A stretch of DNA of 64,000 bases from Eledone cirrhosa (lineage: Eukaryota): positions 18,104,001 to 18,168,000 of the forward strand of contig OZ024746.1 of the NCBI GenBank assembly GCA_964016885.1. The letters run 5' to 3'. Below the pieces are notes generated by a model. The model did not search any database. It was given only the letters and a program-made list of their open reading frames with translations, and was not told the origin of the DNA. The position numbers and the translations under genes are program-made. Positions 1 through 12,054 of the stretch are shown here, in pieces; the first letter of the stretch is position 1, and each line of letters opens with the position of its first letter.

Positions 1-496
1 TGTATAATACATTGCTAATGAGGGTAATTAGTGAAGTGAATTTTGGTTTTTTATTTGTTTTTATCTAAGTGCTAATTAATATATCCCAGAATATTCGTGG
101 ATGATGAATGCAAAATAGACGCCAACCTTGGATACTATAAATCGTTAAGCAAAGCTAAAATTATTTCTTACACGTCAAGTTGTGACGTTCATGCAAAGAC
201 TATTTAGTGAAATCGTAAATTGAGGTAAATATAAACTAATATACACTCACATTACTCATCAAACTTCCTTTACAACAAGGATTTCTGATTTCTAAAATCT
301 ATATTTCTTTAATAACAACAGTCAATAATATTTTAATATAGGCACACGGCCACACACGTGAAGGAAATGAGTGTGCTATTCATATTTTTCCCCCAAGAAA
401 AAAAAAAAAAGGTTTATTCGGGAATCAAAACCTGACCTGCTAACCCTTGGAGCTTTCCACTACTGTATATGGCACTAGTCAACTTGATAGTCCTAG

Positions 497-712
497 TAAT
501 AATGATTTGGAACTTAGGTATATGACCAGAGATGGGGGGGGGGGCTATTAAATTGATTCCATATCGTTACTGGGACTTTATTTTATCTACTCCCTACCTC
601 CATAAAGAATGGCAGAGCTATCCTTGGCGGGATTTGAACTCAGAACGTAATGGGGCGTAACTATATGCCGCAAAACATTCGACGCTCTACCGATTCTGCC
701 AATCCACCGCCC
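497..712 (-). mobile_element. tRNA-derived SINE, family 1
   Basis: Minus strand has A-box TGGCAGAATCGG, B-box GAGTTCAAATCC and an (ATT)n tail, matching the copy at 16587-16778. A partial tail duplicate follows at ~713-780. Confidence 0.8.
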
Positions 713-900
713 GTAATAGTCGTAGTAATAATGATTTTGAAGTTAGGTACATGGTCAGAGATTTGGATGGGGGTGGTTATTTAATAAAGTATCAACGTAA
801 ATGTATTATAATCTTGTGGTGTTTGACACATGCTGATGACACACCTCGTCTTTACCAGCCTTGACTGGAACATTAAAATGGTGACCACACTCACACTTAC

Positions 901-960
901 AATATATTGTTTTCACAGAGATCGTTTCTTGTGTTTCTTTTCATGTTATTGTATTTGCTA
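901..960 (-). CDS. candidate 60-nt internal exon (phase 2-2), peptide SKYNNMKRNTRNDLCENNI
   Basis: Donor GTAAGT (895-900 on -), weak acceptor CACAG. Open frame is phase-compatible with candidate exon 1601-1686. Confidence 0.25.
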
Positions 961-1600
961 CTGTGATGTTAATATATGGCAGTAAGTTATTCACTGCAAT
1001 ACATTTATCATCTTGACTTAATTATTTCTATTCAGTCCCTTTCTTTAAGGGGGTACATATGATAATGATTATTATTTTGACAGCTTTTAACATTATTAGC
1101 CCCTTTTAAAAAAAATATTATTTTCCTTCCTTAACTTATTTTCATGAGACGCCAGACGGAAATATATTTTGTAAGAAATGTGAAATTTATATTGGTTAAG
1201 ATAACTAAAAAAAGACGAAGTGATTTAACAGTTATCGTTATTGTACAAAATAATTTTATGAGAACGGGGTCCAGGAGTCTACAATAGAAGGAATTTTAAC
1301 TGCGAATATGTCAACGAACGGTATTTATGACCGAATGAATGGATAATACTTTCTTATTCCTGGCTAGTAGAAGGAAAAGCAGTTTTAATTAACCTTTAAA
1401 AATCAGTAATAAAAAAGTGTAGAATAAAGTTGTTCGTCCACGCGAAAATTTAGCTTCATTTACTAACAGAATTTCCAACTCCCGCAGTTGAATACAAAAC
1501 AATCCACATGCCAAATATACGAACACTATTGTAGTCGATAGAATCGACCTTGTATATAATTAATACGGTTTCAGAACAAGACCAAGTACGTATATCTCAC

Positions 1601-1686
1601 ATTACTTTCTCGGCCATCTCCAACGCTGAAAGGTTGCTGCGATTAACATTCTACAATATTCTGCTTGCCAATGTGTTCTGGTTAGG
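1601..1686 (-). CDS. candidate start-codon exon (ATG at 1617-1615, MAEKV...)
   Basis: Acceptor TTTTTTTTGCCCTAG, Kozak-like GAGATGG, donor AT|GTGAGA. Protein not recognised. Confidence 0.3.
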
Positions 1687-1747
1687 CTAGGGCAAAAAAA
1701 AACAATTGGGATGTTTTCTTTGAGCTTAAAAAGTTTAGAGAGAGAGA

Positions 1748-2049
1748 GTCCAATTAGATCCGAAATTCGATTAAAAGTATATATCATATTCTCAATTTAC
1801 AGGGAAATTCATATTTTCTTGCATGTTTACACACCTACATATTAGATATATCTATACATTTATACACATTGGTGCATTCTTGGTTACACACACACACACT
1901 CTCTCGTGTGTAACCCAGAATACACCAACGTGTTTAAATGTATAGACATATCTAATATGTGAGCGTGTAAACATGCCAAAAAATACGAATTTCCCTGTAA
2001 ATTGAGAAAATGAAACACACCTTTAATCGAATTTCGGATCTAATTGGAC
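1748..2049. repeat. fold-back inverted repeat, 144-bp arms, 14-nt microsatellite loop
   Basis: 1748-1891 is the gap-free reverse complement of 1906-2049, with about 16 mismatches. Confidence 0.95.
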
Positions 2050-2063
2050 CTTCTATATCTAAT

Positions 2064-2075
2064 TCTCTCTCTCTC

Positions 2076-2132
<57 letters not shown>

Positions 2133-2345
2133 CATACGTCAAGACGGGCGGTCTCAAAAGTGAAACTAATTTTACGATTGTGAATTTGTTTGTTTTTTTA
2201 CAACAGGTCTCAATAGTGAAAGTATAATGCAGACACGCAATTGTATGGATTTCTTAATATATATATATATGTGTGGGTGTGTATATGTGTGTGTGTATGT
2301 ATATATATATATGTGTGTGTTTGTATATATATATGTGTTTGTGTC
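2064..2345. repeat. (CT)n/(TA)n/(TG)n microsatellite cluster
   Basis: Directly visible at 2064-2131 and ~2256-2345. Confidence 0.9.
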
Positions 2346-2786
2346 ATTAATAATTACATAAATATGAAAAAGAAAGATAAAAACAAAATTAAGTAATGAG
2401 GAAATAGGGATGGGGTAAAGCAGGGCAGATCTGGCTGCGTGGAAAAGTAGAGGAAAGGACTATAAATGAGAATGATAAACGAATTTAATATTTTAAAATC
2501 ATTTTTCAAATCCATCATTATTTGTTACTAACAATAAATGTATTCAATATGTTTCAATAGTTGTTAAATTCCGTGACTAAGAAATGCCACGTAAATTCAT
2601 TTATGTTTATGTGATGGCTACCAATATATCGTTTATTTTTTTTTTTACACAATTCCACATCGATTGAACATGCTTTCATCACATCGGATGTTTTTATAGT
2701 ATCTAGCTGCCACAGTACATACTCTCCATTATTCACCTTACTACCATTTAAAAAATACTTTGTCCTTTCATAATTTCATTTTGTAG

Positions 2787-2882
2787 GAAATCACTCGTTC
2801 CTTAATTCAGTTTTAGGCTTTAAAAAACCTCTTTTTGTTGGGGAGAGCCATTGCAACGAAAACCACTTTCACTTCTAACAAG
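2787..2882 (+). other. candidate non-coding (5'UTR) exon
   Basis: Acceptor TTTCATTTTGTAG and donor AAG|GTAAAC only. Confidence 0.2.
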
Positions 2883-3444
2883 GTAAACACTTTTATTTTG
2901 ATGGAACCCTGGGATTGAAGAAGCAATCTCTAGTAAATAGGCAAGGAACTTTTCCTTTTTCTTGTTTTTACAACTCTGCTAATGTTTAGTTCTTTTTGTT
3001 TTACTAGTGAACCTGTAATAGCGTTGGATGTATTTAATTTTTGGAGTCACAGATTGGTATGCCAGTATAACTGGATAAATGAATAATCATACAAACTGGG
3101 AAAATTTGCATAAGAGAAACCCCATAATTTATGTTGATTGCAGATATGTGAAAGAAATTAAAGATAAAAATATAATTACATAAATGTTCAGCACATATAT
3201 ATATGAAGGTGCATGACTATGTGCAAAAGTAGCTATGGTATCAATTAGAAAGTCAACAGATAATAACAGAGAACCAAAATAATTGACAACTTTCTGAGAA
3301 AAATTATCTGCAAGTCAAGTATGATAAGTTAAAGACATTTTTACATGTAGGTACATGCTAAAACTTTGTACAAGCTGTTGCAGTACAAGATATATGATAC
3401 ATCTCACACAGTTTATATACTAGCCATCCACCTATCAGGTCAGT

Positions 3445-4030
3445 AACAAGAGTACTTTTGAAGTCTTCTTCTTGGCGTATGACATATGAACAATGGTTAG
3501 AGAGACTAATTGAGATTGGTGAGCCAGAATAAGGTGTCATTTGTAGTATTATGGATTACCTCCAGGCCACTGGGAAAACGTTTGAAGGGGCAATCCTGAA
3601 CAACATGCAGCACTCTCTGGTCAGGGTCCCCACAATCACATGATGGGCTGTCTTTCACTTTCCATCGATGGAGATGGTGGGCTGTCCTGCCATGTGTTGT
3701 GTGGATCTGATTAAGAGATATTGCTTTCTAGGAAGGTCAGTGCCAGCTGGTTTAGATGTGGGGTCCTGGACAAGGTTGGCAAATTTGGACTCATTCCATG
3801 ATCTTTGCTACTCTTCCTTTAGATCAAAGTTATGAAGAGTCTTTATTGATTCCCAGAATGGTTCATGTGATTTCATCCACATGTTGGGAAGGTTTTCCAG
3901 GTCTTCATGGATGGGAAGATCAGGCTTGGACTTGGTAAGAAGTGCTGCCTCGCAGATCATCTCTTGATGTGACATGTGAGAAGTAGCTATATAAGAAAGA
4001 GTCGGCAACCACTGAGTAGGTGTAGATTTC
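3445..4030 (-). mobile_element. I-group (Vingi/Ingi-like) LINE, degenerate 3' fragment
   Basis: Minus translation gives STPTQWLPTLSYIA...LPIHEDL...MKSHEPFW, then DLPRKQ..LNQIHT.HGR....LHRW..KDSPSCDCG.PDQ..LHVVQDCP (C-terminal CCHC finger), with frameshifts. A second copy lies at ~33300-33665. Confidence 0.7.
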
Positions 4031-5983
4031 AATGTGACATCATTGCTGCTAAGTATATTGTGTTAGTGTCTACTATAATCTAGGGGTAACTAATGTCTTG
4101 TCAGAGAATTTGGTAGATTAAACCTATATGAAGCTTGTGTGTGCGCACGTGCGCATGATCATTGTCATCATATAATGACTTTTTTCCCAGCTAGCAAGAA
4201 TTGGATGGGTTGTATTGGACCAAGGCAGTTCTGAATCTCAGAACTACTGACCACTCAGATTGACTGAGGATCACATCTCATATATATATATATATATTCT
4301 CACACTCTCTACAGAATGCAATGGGTACATTTTATTATGGCACCAGCACTAGAGAGGTTGTCATGCCATGACTGGAGGGCCTTCTCACCCCTTTTTTTGC
4401 ATGGTTTCTGCAAGTGGAAGGCTTCCTTAACCACTTTACAGTATGTGCTGGGTACATTTAATTGTGGCACCAACACTAGAGAGGTTGTTATAGACTTGAC
4501 TAAAGTTCAGGTTGCTTTTTTATACTGGCCATCATGTCTTCTCCAAGACCAGAGGTTGCTAATCCTCCTGATCTTTTGTTATTTTTGTCAAAAGATTCAG
4601 ATCCCTAAAGTTGGTTTACACTACTTCATTCCATGTCATTTCTTTCTAGTCTTTGCAGGTCTTCCGCAGTCATGACCCATGTCTCACTGCTATCTAGCAC
4701 TATGGTTCACCCACAGTCATCATACAGTCTACTCTTTATTATGAGGGCTGTAAAGCTATCTCCTGATTTAGCAAGGAAATGGTCTTAAAATAAAGTACCA
4801 ATAACGCTATGGGATCAATTTAATCGACTGTCCCCTCTCCCAAAATTATTGGCCTTGTGCCTAAATCATAAACCATTATTAAATTATGACTGTCTGAGTA
4901 GGTTTTAGGGGCATTGATAGAATATAAACAGAAAGCAAACCCCTTCACATCACACTTCAGAAGTTATCTGAATGTCTTTGTCAAGTTACACAACTAGTTT
5001 TTTAAATGGAAAAATAAACGAACATAATAGACATAAAAAGTGGATATTGACAGTTTAAGCAAATTCCACTGTTCTCTCTCTCTCCTCTCTCTCTAAATGT
5101 ATCAACTTAAATGAGTTGTAAAAAATAACCCATGATATATTCAGTAACTTCTGTCTATTTACCTGATTGGATATTTTATGTTATGCATTTAATGGCTGGA
5201 ATTTGTTCTCTGTTGATCTCGTTAGCAATTTGAAATTTTATGCTTGACTGAACCATAAATTCTGATTGCTTCAAATTACAATGATGGAACTGTAAAAGAA
5301 AGAAAACAGGCAAAAAACAATCTGATCTCTCTCTCTCTCTCTTATATATATATATATATATAAGCTACATGTTGTCTGTGATAGAGTACTGATTTACCTG
5401 AAAGGCTTAAGAAGGAAGGCTAAAAAACTGATTGGAATTGTAAACAGGTTTCTGTGCTACAAGAGATGCCAGTATTATCAATAACAATAAGAACACCAAC
5501 TAAAAAAAAAAAGAAATTAAAGTAATGTTTGTTGAGGAAATCCAATCTAAAATATTAGTCACATGGTGTTCAAATAACTAACCTAGTTTTGCCTGAGGAA
5601 ACTGCTTCTAGATGAAAGACCTTCTTAAGGAAATGAAATTAAGTCTTATTTATTTATTAAAGGATACATGGTTTAGTGTAAAAAGAAAAGGTTAATAAAC
5701 TACAACACACCTGTGACTCAGTTACACTTTACATTTTAAACTGCCATTTCACTTAAAAAAGTTTTTCGTTAGCAATATTTCTAATGAAAGATTCTGCCTT
5801 ATGATTTGAAAATCATTTTGAAAATCAAGAATTGGGAGAGATTTGACGTTATTAAACTGGTGTATGGAGCATATCTTAACAAAGGTTCTTACATAAAATT
5901 ATGATGGAAGATTTTGAGAGAAATATGTTTTAGTGTAAACACTTTTGTATCATATTGCCCTCTAATTTTTTTTCTAAAATGTC

Positions 5984-6255
5984 TAAAGTCCGTCTCAAGG
6001 CCGGATGTTCATCAGGCCAGTGCTTATCCTGGTTTCATGGCGCAAAGCGACTGAGAGTACAAGACTCCCCACCCGCTAGACAGGATGCCAGTCCATTGCA
6101 GAGTTAAACTGCCAGTTATTACTGGTACTCATTTTCAGCTGAGTATACTGGAACAACTTGAAATGAAGTGTTTTGCTCAAGAACACAACACACAACCCAG
6201 TCTAAGAATTAAACCTATGACATGTTCAAGTCCAACACCCTTACCACTAGGTCAT
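5984..6255 (-). mobile_element. tRNA-derived SINE, family 2
   Basis: tRNA-like head, central core TTGAGCAAAACACTTCATTTCA..TTGTTCCAGTATACTCAGCTGAAAATGAGTACC, and tail GGATAAGCACTGGCCTGATGA..GACTTTA. Same family at ~19345-19615 (+), ~29565-29750 (-) and ~56140-56425 (+). Confidence 0.8.
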
Positions 6256-6468
6256 TGAATTCCTTTTGTAAACATATTTCCCTGTACTTGTATGATTCCC
6301 TGGTCTATTTCTATTTTAATATTAAATTCTTTAAGCTTTACAAGTTATGTGTGAGAGAACTGAGTGAGTTATTTGCATTTAAAAATATTCTGTTACAAAG
6401 AAAATTGCTATTGTGTAACTTCTACTCAATAGAAAAGAAAACTTGTTTAGCTTCTTTTATTTTTATCT

Positions 6469-6660
6469 TTAACCCTTTTCATACCAATCCACCTGGATCT
6501 GTGGCACAAAAATTCTCTTTTTTGAAGTGATCATATTTAAATTTAAAATTTCCATCATAATTTTTATCTAAGACATTTTTGTTAAATATGTTCCAAATAT
6601 CATCTTAAAAAAAAAATTTATCTTACTAAAGTCTCTCAAAAGTATTGATTGAAAAAAAGA
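6469..6660. mobile_element. AT-rich piggyBac-like MITE family fragment
   Basis: Terminus TTAA|CCCTTTTCATACCAA. Related termini or internal parts at ~5770-5930, ~36340-36755 (TGGTATCAAAAAGG|TTAA), ~44589-44670 and ~52340-52820. Confidence 0.55.
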
Positions 6661-6689
6661 AACACTTAGACAGTATAACTCATTAGAAA

Positions 6690-7985
6690 TATGGTTGATT
6701 CCTGGACTGGGCAGCATGTTGTTTTTAAACATGACACTTGATTTGCTGTTGCTTCTCTTGATAGGACTGGGGATCATATCATTAAACCTCCTATGAGATG
6801 CAACTTTGTAGGAGGCCTGCTAAACCTGAATAGGTGTGAGCTGTAAATTTAATTTAATTTTGTTTTCATATAATGTTTAGCAGAGACCTCCATAGCCCTG
6901 AATATGTACTCCCAGTATATTGTTGACATTAATATAGTAATAAAGTCACTCCCACAGGATAACATTCAGGAACTAGAGATAAACACTGCAGAGATCATTT
7001 AGCAAATAGCCAACTTCATCCACCAGAGTATTAAGGTAACTATAGACTGACTGACTAAGCCCCCCCCCCCCCCCACCGGATTACTTGTCTTAGACACAGA
7101 ACGTTACTAGACAGTAAAGTACAAATCCCCCATTTGCATTACATTAAAACCATAACTTTCAAGCACCTAATCTACCAGAGCTCTGCAGTTTTAAACAATA
7201 TAAATATCAATAGCCTAATAGTGGGCCACATGTCCTACATGTGCGATCCTAAAGAATTACAGAGACACACAATATTTTAACTATCACATGCAGTTATCTG
7301 GATAGACAGGATCAGAGTATGCAAAGGAGCTATGGGAAAATTGAAAACTATCATGGGAAATGATGCAAATGGAGTATGCCCCATGTACAGGAGGAGCGAA
7401 TCATGGAACAGAATACAGAGGATATGGTCAACTCATGGTATAACAAAAAATACCAGAGTGTGATGTTTATTGATGCTATCCTCTGAGGCAAACTAGCTTA
7501 TAGATTTAGGACTTTAGATAAACTTAAGATTAAAGTAGTAGAAAAACCTGGAATTCCCATCAAATCTTTAATCAGTAGATCTTACCCATTGATGAAAAAC
7601 AACCCTATACTGACAGATATTGCATAGTTTGTAAGGTAAGCTCACAAATAAATTGTAAAACTATAAATGCTGTATATAGCATAAGATACACAGAGGAACA
7701 ATGTAGAAAAATGACTATGGCATACATTGAAGAAATGGCTTGTAGTATAGAAGAAAGGACAAATGAGCATTGGCGAGAATTCAAATACATGAAAAACTTG
7801 TCAGTGTTTTACCAACATATTAAAGAACATAGTGGCTTATTAGAAAACATTGAGGTAAAAATCATATCTGCACAATGATCAGACAGATAAAGGAAGTCAC
7901 CCATATAACAGAAACTAAACCTAACTTCAATAGCAATCAGCAATGGAATAGCAACAACTGTACAACCTAGTAGCTGATGACATAA
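6690..7985 (+). mobile_element. degenerate Penelope-like retroelement (RT thumb + Cys linker + GIY-YIG endonuclease)
   Basis: 7621-7878 reads CIVCKVSSQINCKTINAVYSIRYTEEQCRKMTMAYIEEMACSIEERTNEHW...FYQHIKEH, the GIY-YIG pattern VY.I.C..C...YIG.T.R....R..EH. Upstream remnants HQSIKVTID, LLVLDTE, MQLSG, PMYR and KVVEKPG fit a PLE RT. A Cys-rich linker is typical of Neptune-type PLEs. Confidence 0.75.
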
Positions 7986-7989
7986 TAAA

Positions 7990-9740
7990 TACAAAGGAGT
8001 GCACTAGATAGAGGAAACTATAGAGGTATAAAGCTGATGGACCAGGTCATGAAAGTAACAGAAAGAGCTATAGCACAGTTGATTAGGGACCGGGTGAAAC
8101 TAGATGAGATGCAATTTGGGTTTGTACCAGGAAGAGGCACCACTGATGCCCTCTTCCTTGTGAGGCAGTTACAGGAAAAGTACCTAGCTAAAAGTAAGCC
8201 ACTCTACCTGGCATTCATCGATCTCAAGAAAGCCTTTGACAGAGTTCCACGTGCTATAATCTGGTGGGCTCTTAGAAAACTAGGAGTAGATGAATGGCTT
8301 GGGAAAGCTGTACAAGCCATGTTTAGGGGAGCAGTCAGCAAAGTTAGGATTAGCAATGAGTATAGCGAGGAATTTAGCGTACAGGTTGGTGTCCACCAGG
8401 GCTCTGTTCTTAGCCCTCTCCTGTTCATCATAGTCCTGCAGGCAACAACGGAGGAGTTTAAGACCGGAAGCCCATGGGAACTCCTGTATGCAGATGACCT
8501 CGCACTTATAGCTGAATCTATGGTAGAACTAGAGAAGAAATTCCAAACTTGGAAGCAGGGACTAGAAAGAAAGGGTCTCAAAGTCAACATGACAAAGACT
8601 AATGTCCTTGTAAGTAGACGAGAAAACAGAACCCAGATCCCCTCAGGGAAATGGCCTTGCTCAGAATGTAGGAAAGGTGTAGGTAGGAACTCCATTCTCT
8701 GCCCCAAATGCAAACAATGGGTACACAAGAGATATAGCGGGATCTCAGGAAGCTTAGTTAAGAATGTAGGCTTCACATGTAGCAGCTGTTCTGGGACAGC
8801 AAACAGCCACAGGAAACAAGTACCACCAATCTCGGGGAGGGCTCTGTAGAAACAGTAGACAGCTTCTGCTACCTAGGTGACCGAATTAGCAGCGGAGGTG
8901 GGTGTTCAGAAAGTACAATAACTAGGGTAAGAACGGGATGGAAGAAGTTCAGGGAACTACTGCCACTGCTAGCTGCAAAAGGCTTCTCCCTCAAAATGAA
9001 AGGCAGACTGTATGATGCGTGTATCCGAACAGCAATGTTACATGGTAGTGAGATCTGGGCGCTGAAGGTGGAAGACTTACATAGATTAGAAAGAAATGAC
9101 GCCTGCATGCTCCGATGGATGTGTAATAGTAATATACGCGAACGGCAAAGCATAAATGAATTGAGAGAGACTGAGCATAAGAGGAATCAAATGCTATGTG
9201 CAGGAGAGGCGGTTGCGTTGGTATGGACATGTGATGCGTATGAAGGATGACAGCTGCATAAAAAGGTGCAGAGCACTAGAAGTCAATGGAAACCGCGGAG
9301 TGGGGAGACCCAAGAAGACCTGGGATGAGGTGATAAAAGCCGACCTTACCCAATTACACCTCTCAAAGGCGATGACACACAACCGTGACCTCTGGCGTCA
9401 CGCAGTAATACAGAGTACCCGACCTCCCATGGGTACAAGCTGATGCATATAGACAATATGCCCCACACCCTCCTACTGCAAAGTAGTCGTGGAGGTGCCA
9501 CGGCAAAAAAGCACCCAGCCCACACTGTAAAGTGGACGTGTAGGCGCCATGGAAAAAAGCACCCAGCACTCACTGTAAATGAGGTTGGTGTTAGGAAGGG
9601 CATCCAGCTGTAGAAATCAAGCCAAAATCAGTTCCTGTATGAGCAAGGCATGGTCAGCCGACCAGACACTGCCCACAACAGGACAACCCGTCTAACCCAT
9701 GCTAGCATGGAGAACGGACGTAAAACGGTGATGATGATGA
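7990..9740 (+). mobile_element. 5'-truncated RTE-clade LINE, subfamily A (RT pseudogene, 3'UTR, (GAT)n tail)
   Basis: ORF 8037-8849 has QFGF, FIDLKKAFDRV, GVHQGSVLSPLLF and LYADD. The frameshifted continuation has FCYLG, RRLRWYGHVMR and GRPKKTW. Confidence 0.95.
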
Positions 9741-11224
9741 CAGGTAAGAGCGAGAATAAAATGTAGCGTGACACCTAAGAATGGACACAAACAAACAGGA
9801 TAAAAAGTGTAGAGTTTCAAGCGAATGCCTATACATAAAAGCTGGTGGGAAATTTATCTGAACGTACACACATACAAATATACCACATGTAACAAAATTT
9901 AGTTTGTATGACATTCTCTTCACCTTCCTCTTTTTGTTTTGTTACTTTTTAATAAGAGTGGCCTACAAAATTGGTCGGAGGAAGATAAACTCAAACTAGA
10001 AACATGATCTGAATACATTCACCAGAGTAAACACTGCTAAAGATACCCAGGTGCCAGTGTTAATCTTTTAGATATCAACCTGCCTCAAAACTGTCTCTAT
10101 TTTTTAGGAAACAAAACCATCCATTTTAAAGGGTCCCTATTTGAATTAAAATATTTCAACATAATTTAATAGAAGAACCTTTTGCTATGTTATCAATACA
10201 ATCTTAATAAAATAATAATTTTAGTAAATCCTTCCAAATTTTTCATTAATTGATTGCAATACAGTATATGTCATTAGAAATATGGCCATGAAACCTGGTG
10301 ACCAAGTCTACCACCCAAGCAGACCCCACTGATGTTGCAACATATATATACATTGAATATACACTATATACTATATATATGATGTTGCCCAATCGAAAGG
10401 CAAAAGCCAATACAGCTTGACACCAGTGATGTCGCAGCTCATTTATACATCTGAGTAAACTTGATATAAATAAGTATTGTAGATTTGATGATGAAAATGG
10501 AAATTAAATGTGAATGTTTATTTTTTTTTTTTTTGCTTTAGATTTAAATCTTTTCATGTTTGTCCTTGTCATCCAACTAGAACAGATTAATGATATCCAA
10601 ATTGTTTTTAAAACCTAGCACCATTAAGTGGCTTATTTTGATGGTAAGCTTGTTGATAATTATTATTGTATATCATTGACACCCATGTTGAGAACCACTG
10701 AAGTAGAGATTTCTTGTTGTAGAGCCTCTCCCATCTTCTCAGCCCTTGCTGAAAAATCTTTTATCATCATCATCATCTAATGTCCACTTTCCCTGTTAGC
10801 AAGGGTTGGACGGGTCAACATAGACCATGTCAGTACTGAAGAGGGGCTACTGACCTCACAGACAGGATTGAGGGGTCTGCATCCTTCTTACATACTTTGA
10901 TATGATCTATGGAGTGCAAGGGAGAGGTTGTTGTGTCTTTTGGCACAAAATGAAGGGTCCTTCCAGCTCTTTGTTTGGCAAGTTTTCTATAGCTGGATGC
11001 CATTCCTTACTCCAATCAGCATGTACTAGGTGTTTTTATTATGTAGATCTCCAGCACTAGGGAGGTTGACCCAACTAAAGGGTCCTCCCAACCCTTTGTT
11101 TTGCAAGTTTTTTAGATAAAAATAATTAAAAGTAACATTTTTATATCACGTTCGTACAAAAAAACTTTGTGCTTATTTTTAAATGAATATTTTTGAACTT
11201 GGAAGGATAGTTAGTAGCAGTCTT

Positions 11225-11545
11225 CGTAACCCTGATTATCATTCCAGCACTTGGTAGCAAACCTATCAATTGAACGGTGTAAATCACCTTCCAGGCGCAG
11301 CACAATCGACTAAATATCCACACTGCAGCAGGTCTTTGAGTATTTCCAAGAAGTGTTTGCTTGTTTCGTAGACCTCGCAAAGGCATATGACCTTATTCCA
11401 CAGAACCTGTTGTGGAAAGTATTGCAGGAGTATATCACTGGACAGCTTTTTGTTGCCCTGAAGTCTCTATATGAATGTCCTAGTATTTCTCTTTGGATAA
11501 ATGGTGCTAAATTGAAACCATTCAATGTGGTTGTCAGATTCCCAT
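11225..11545 (+). mobile_element. old non-LTR RT fragment (RTE-like)
   Basis: FACFVDLAKAYDLIPQNLLWKVL...LKSLYE. Confidence 0.8.
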
Positions 11546-12003
11546 GTTCATAAAACATCATTGTAAGTTTTATTTTATTTTTAAAGCTGTTACATGTGTT
11601 TACAAATGAACATCATCTTACATGCCTTAATAAATTTCTGTGATACTAAGTGCTCTCTGTGTTTTATCTCTTATCAACTGCTGTGGGTAACTGTTTATCA
11701 AAGTTTTTTTAATCTTTTTAATTAATATCTCATTTATTCATGAGCTCATTTTCAAAAATAATTAACTTTTTTTTTTGTGCATTTTATCAATGTTTTTCTT
11801 TGGTTTTACTTTCCACGTCACCTGCTATTTGTTTACAGTATGCTAAAGCTTGAACCTTTGTATTTCTCATGTGACTTCTGTAAATACCGAGTTAAATTCA
11901 GAATCAACTTTAAAATATTGTGTTATATTTCATAAATGCGTATACAGTCCTTGATTAGCATTGTCGTGTAGTTTTCAAAGTCCAGTAGTTGCAAGAGCGG
12001 GAG

Positions 12004-12054
12004 AGATCGTCCTGACGAGAACTAGTTGAGTTCGAAATGCATCGACAATTGTCC
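12004..12054 (+). ncRNA. minimal type I hammerhead ribozyme motif (Penelope-type)
   Basis: CUGACGA (12012-18); stem II GAACU/AGUUC; GAAA (12034-37); palindromic stem III AUGCAU; AUC cleavage triplet (C12043); stem I GUC/GAC, extendable to GGGA/UCCC. Confidence 0.85.

Larger units (their letters stand above)
1..2900. promoter_or_regulatory. CpG-retaining region, possible (bidirectional) promoter / first-exon region
   Basis: CG dinucleotides are visibly more frequent at ~90-260 and ~1140-1700 than in unique sequence elsewhere. Candidate exons on opposite strands lie on either side. Not quantified. Confidence 0.3.

Noticed and set aside
8204-8776. 190-aa minus ORF (likewise 25529-25981, 43424-43825, 37661-38074)
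   Set aside because: Antisense shadows of RT or transposase coding sequence.
10542-10643. Exon-like segment (poly-T acceptor, ATG|GTAAGC)
   Set aside because: Stops in all three frames and such signals are common in AT-rich introns; only RNA data could support it as a UTR exon.
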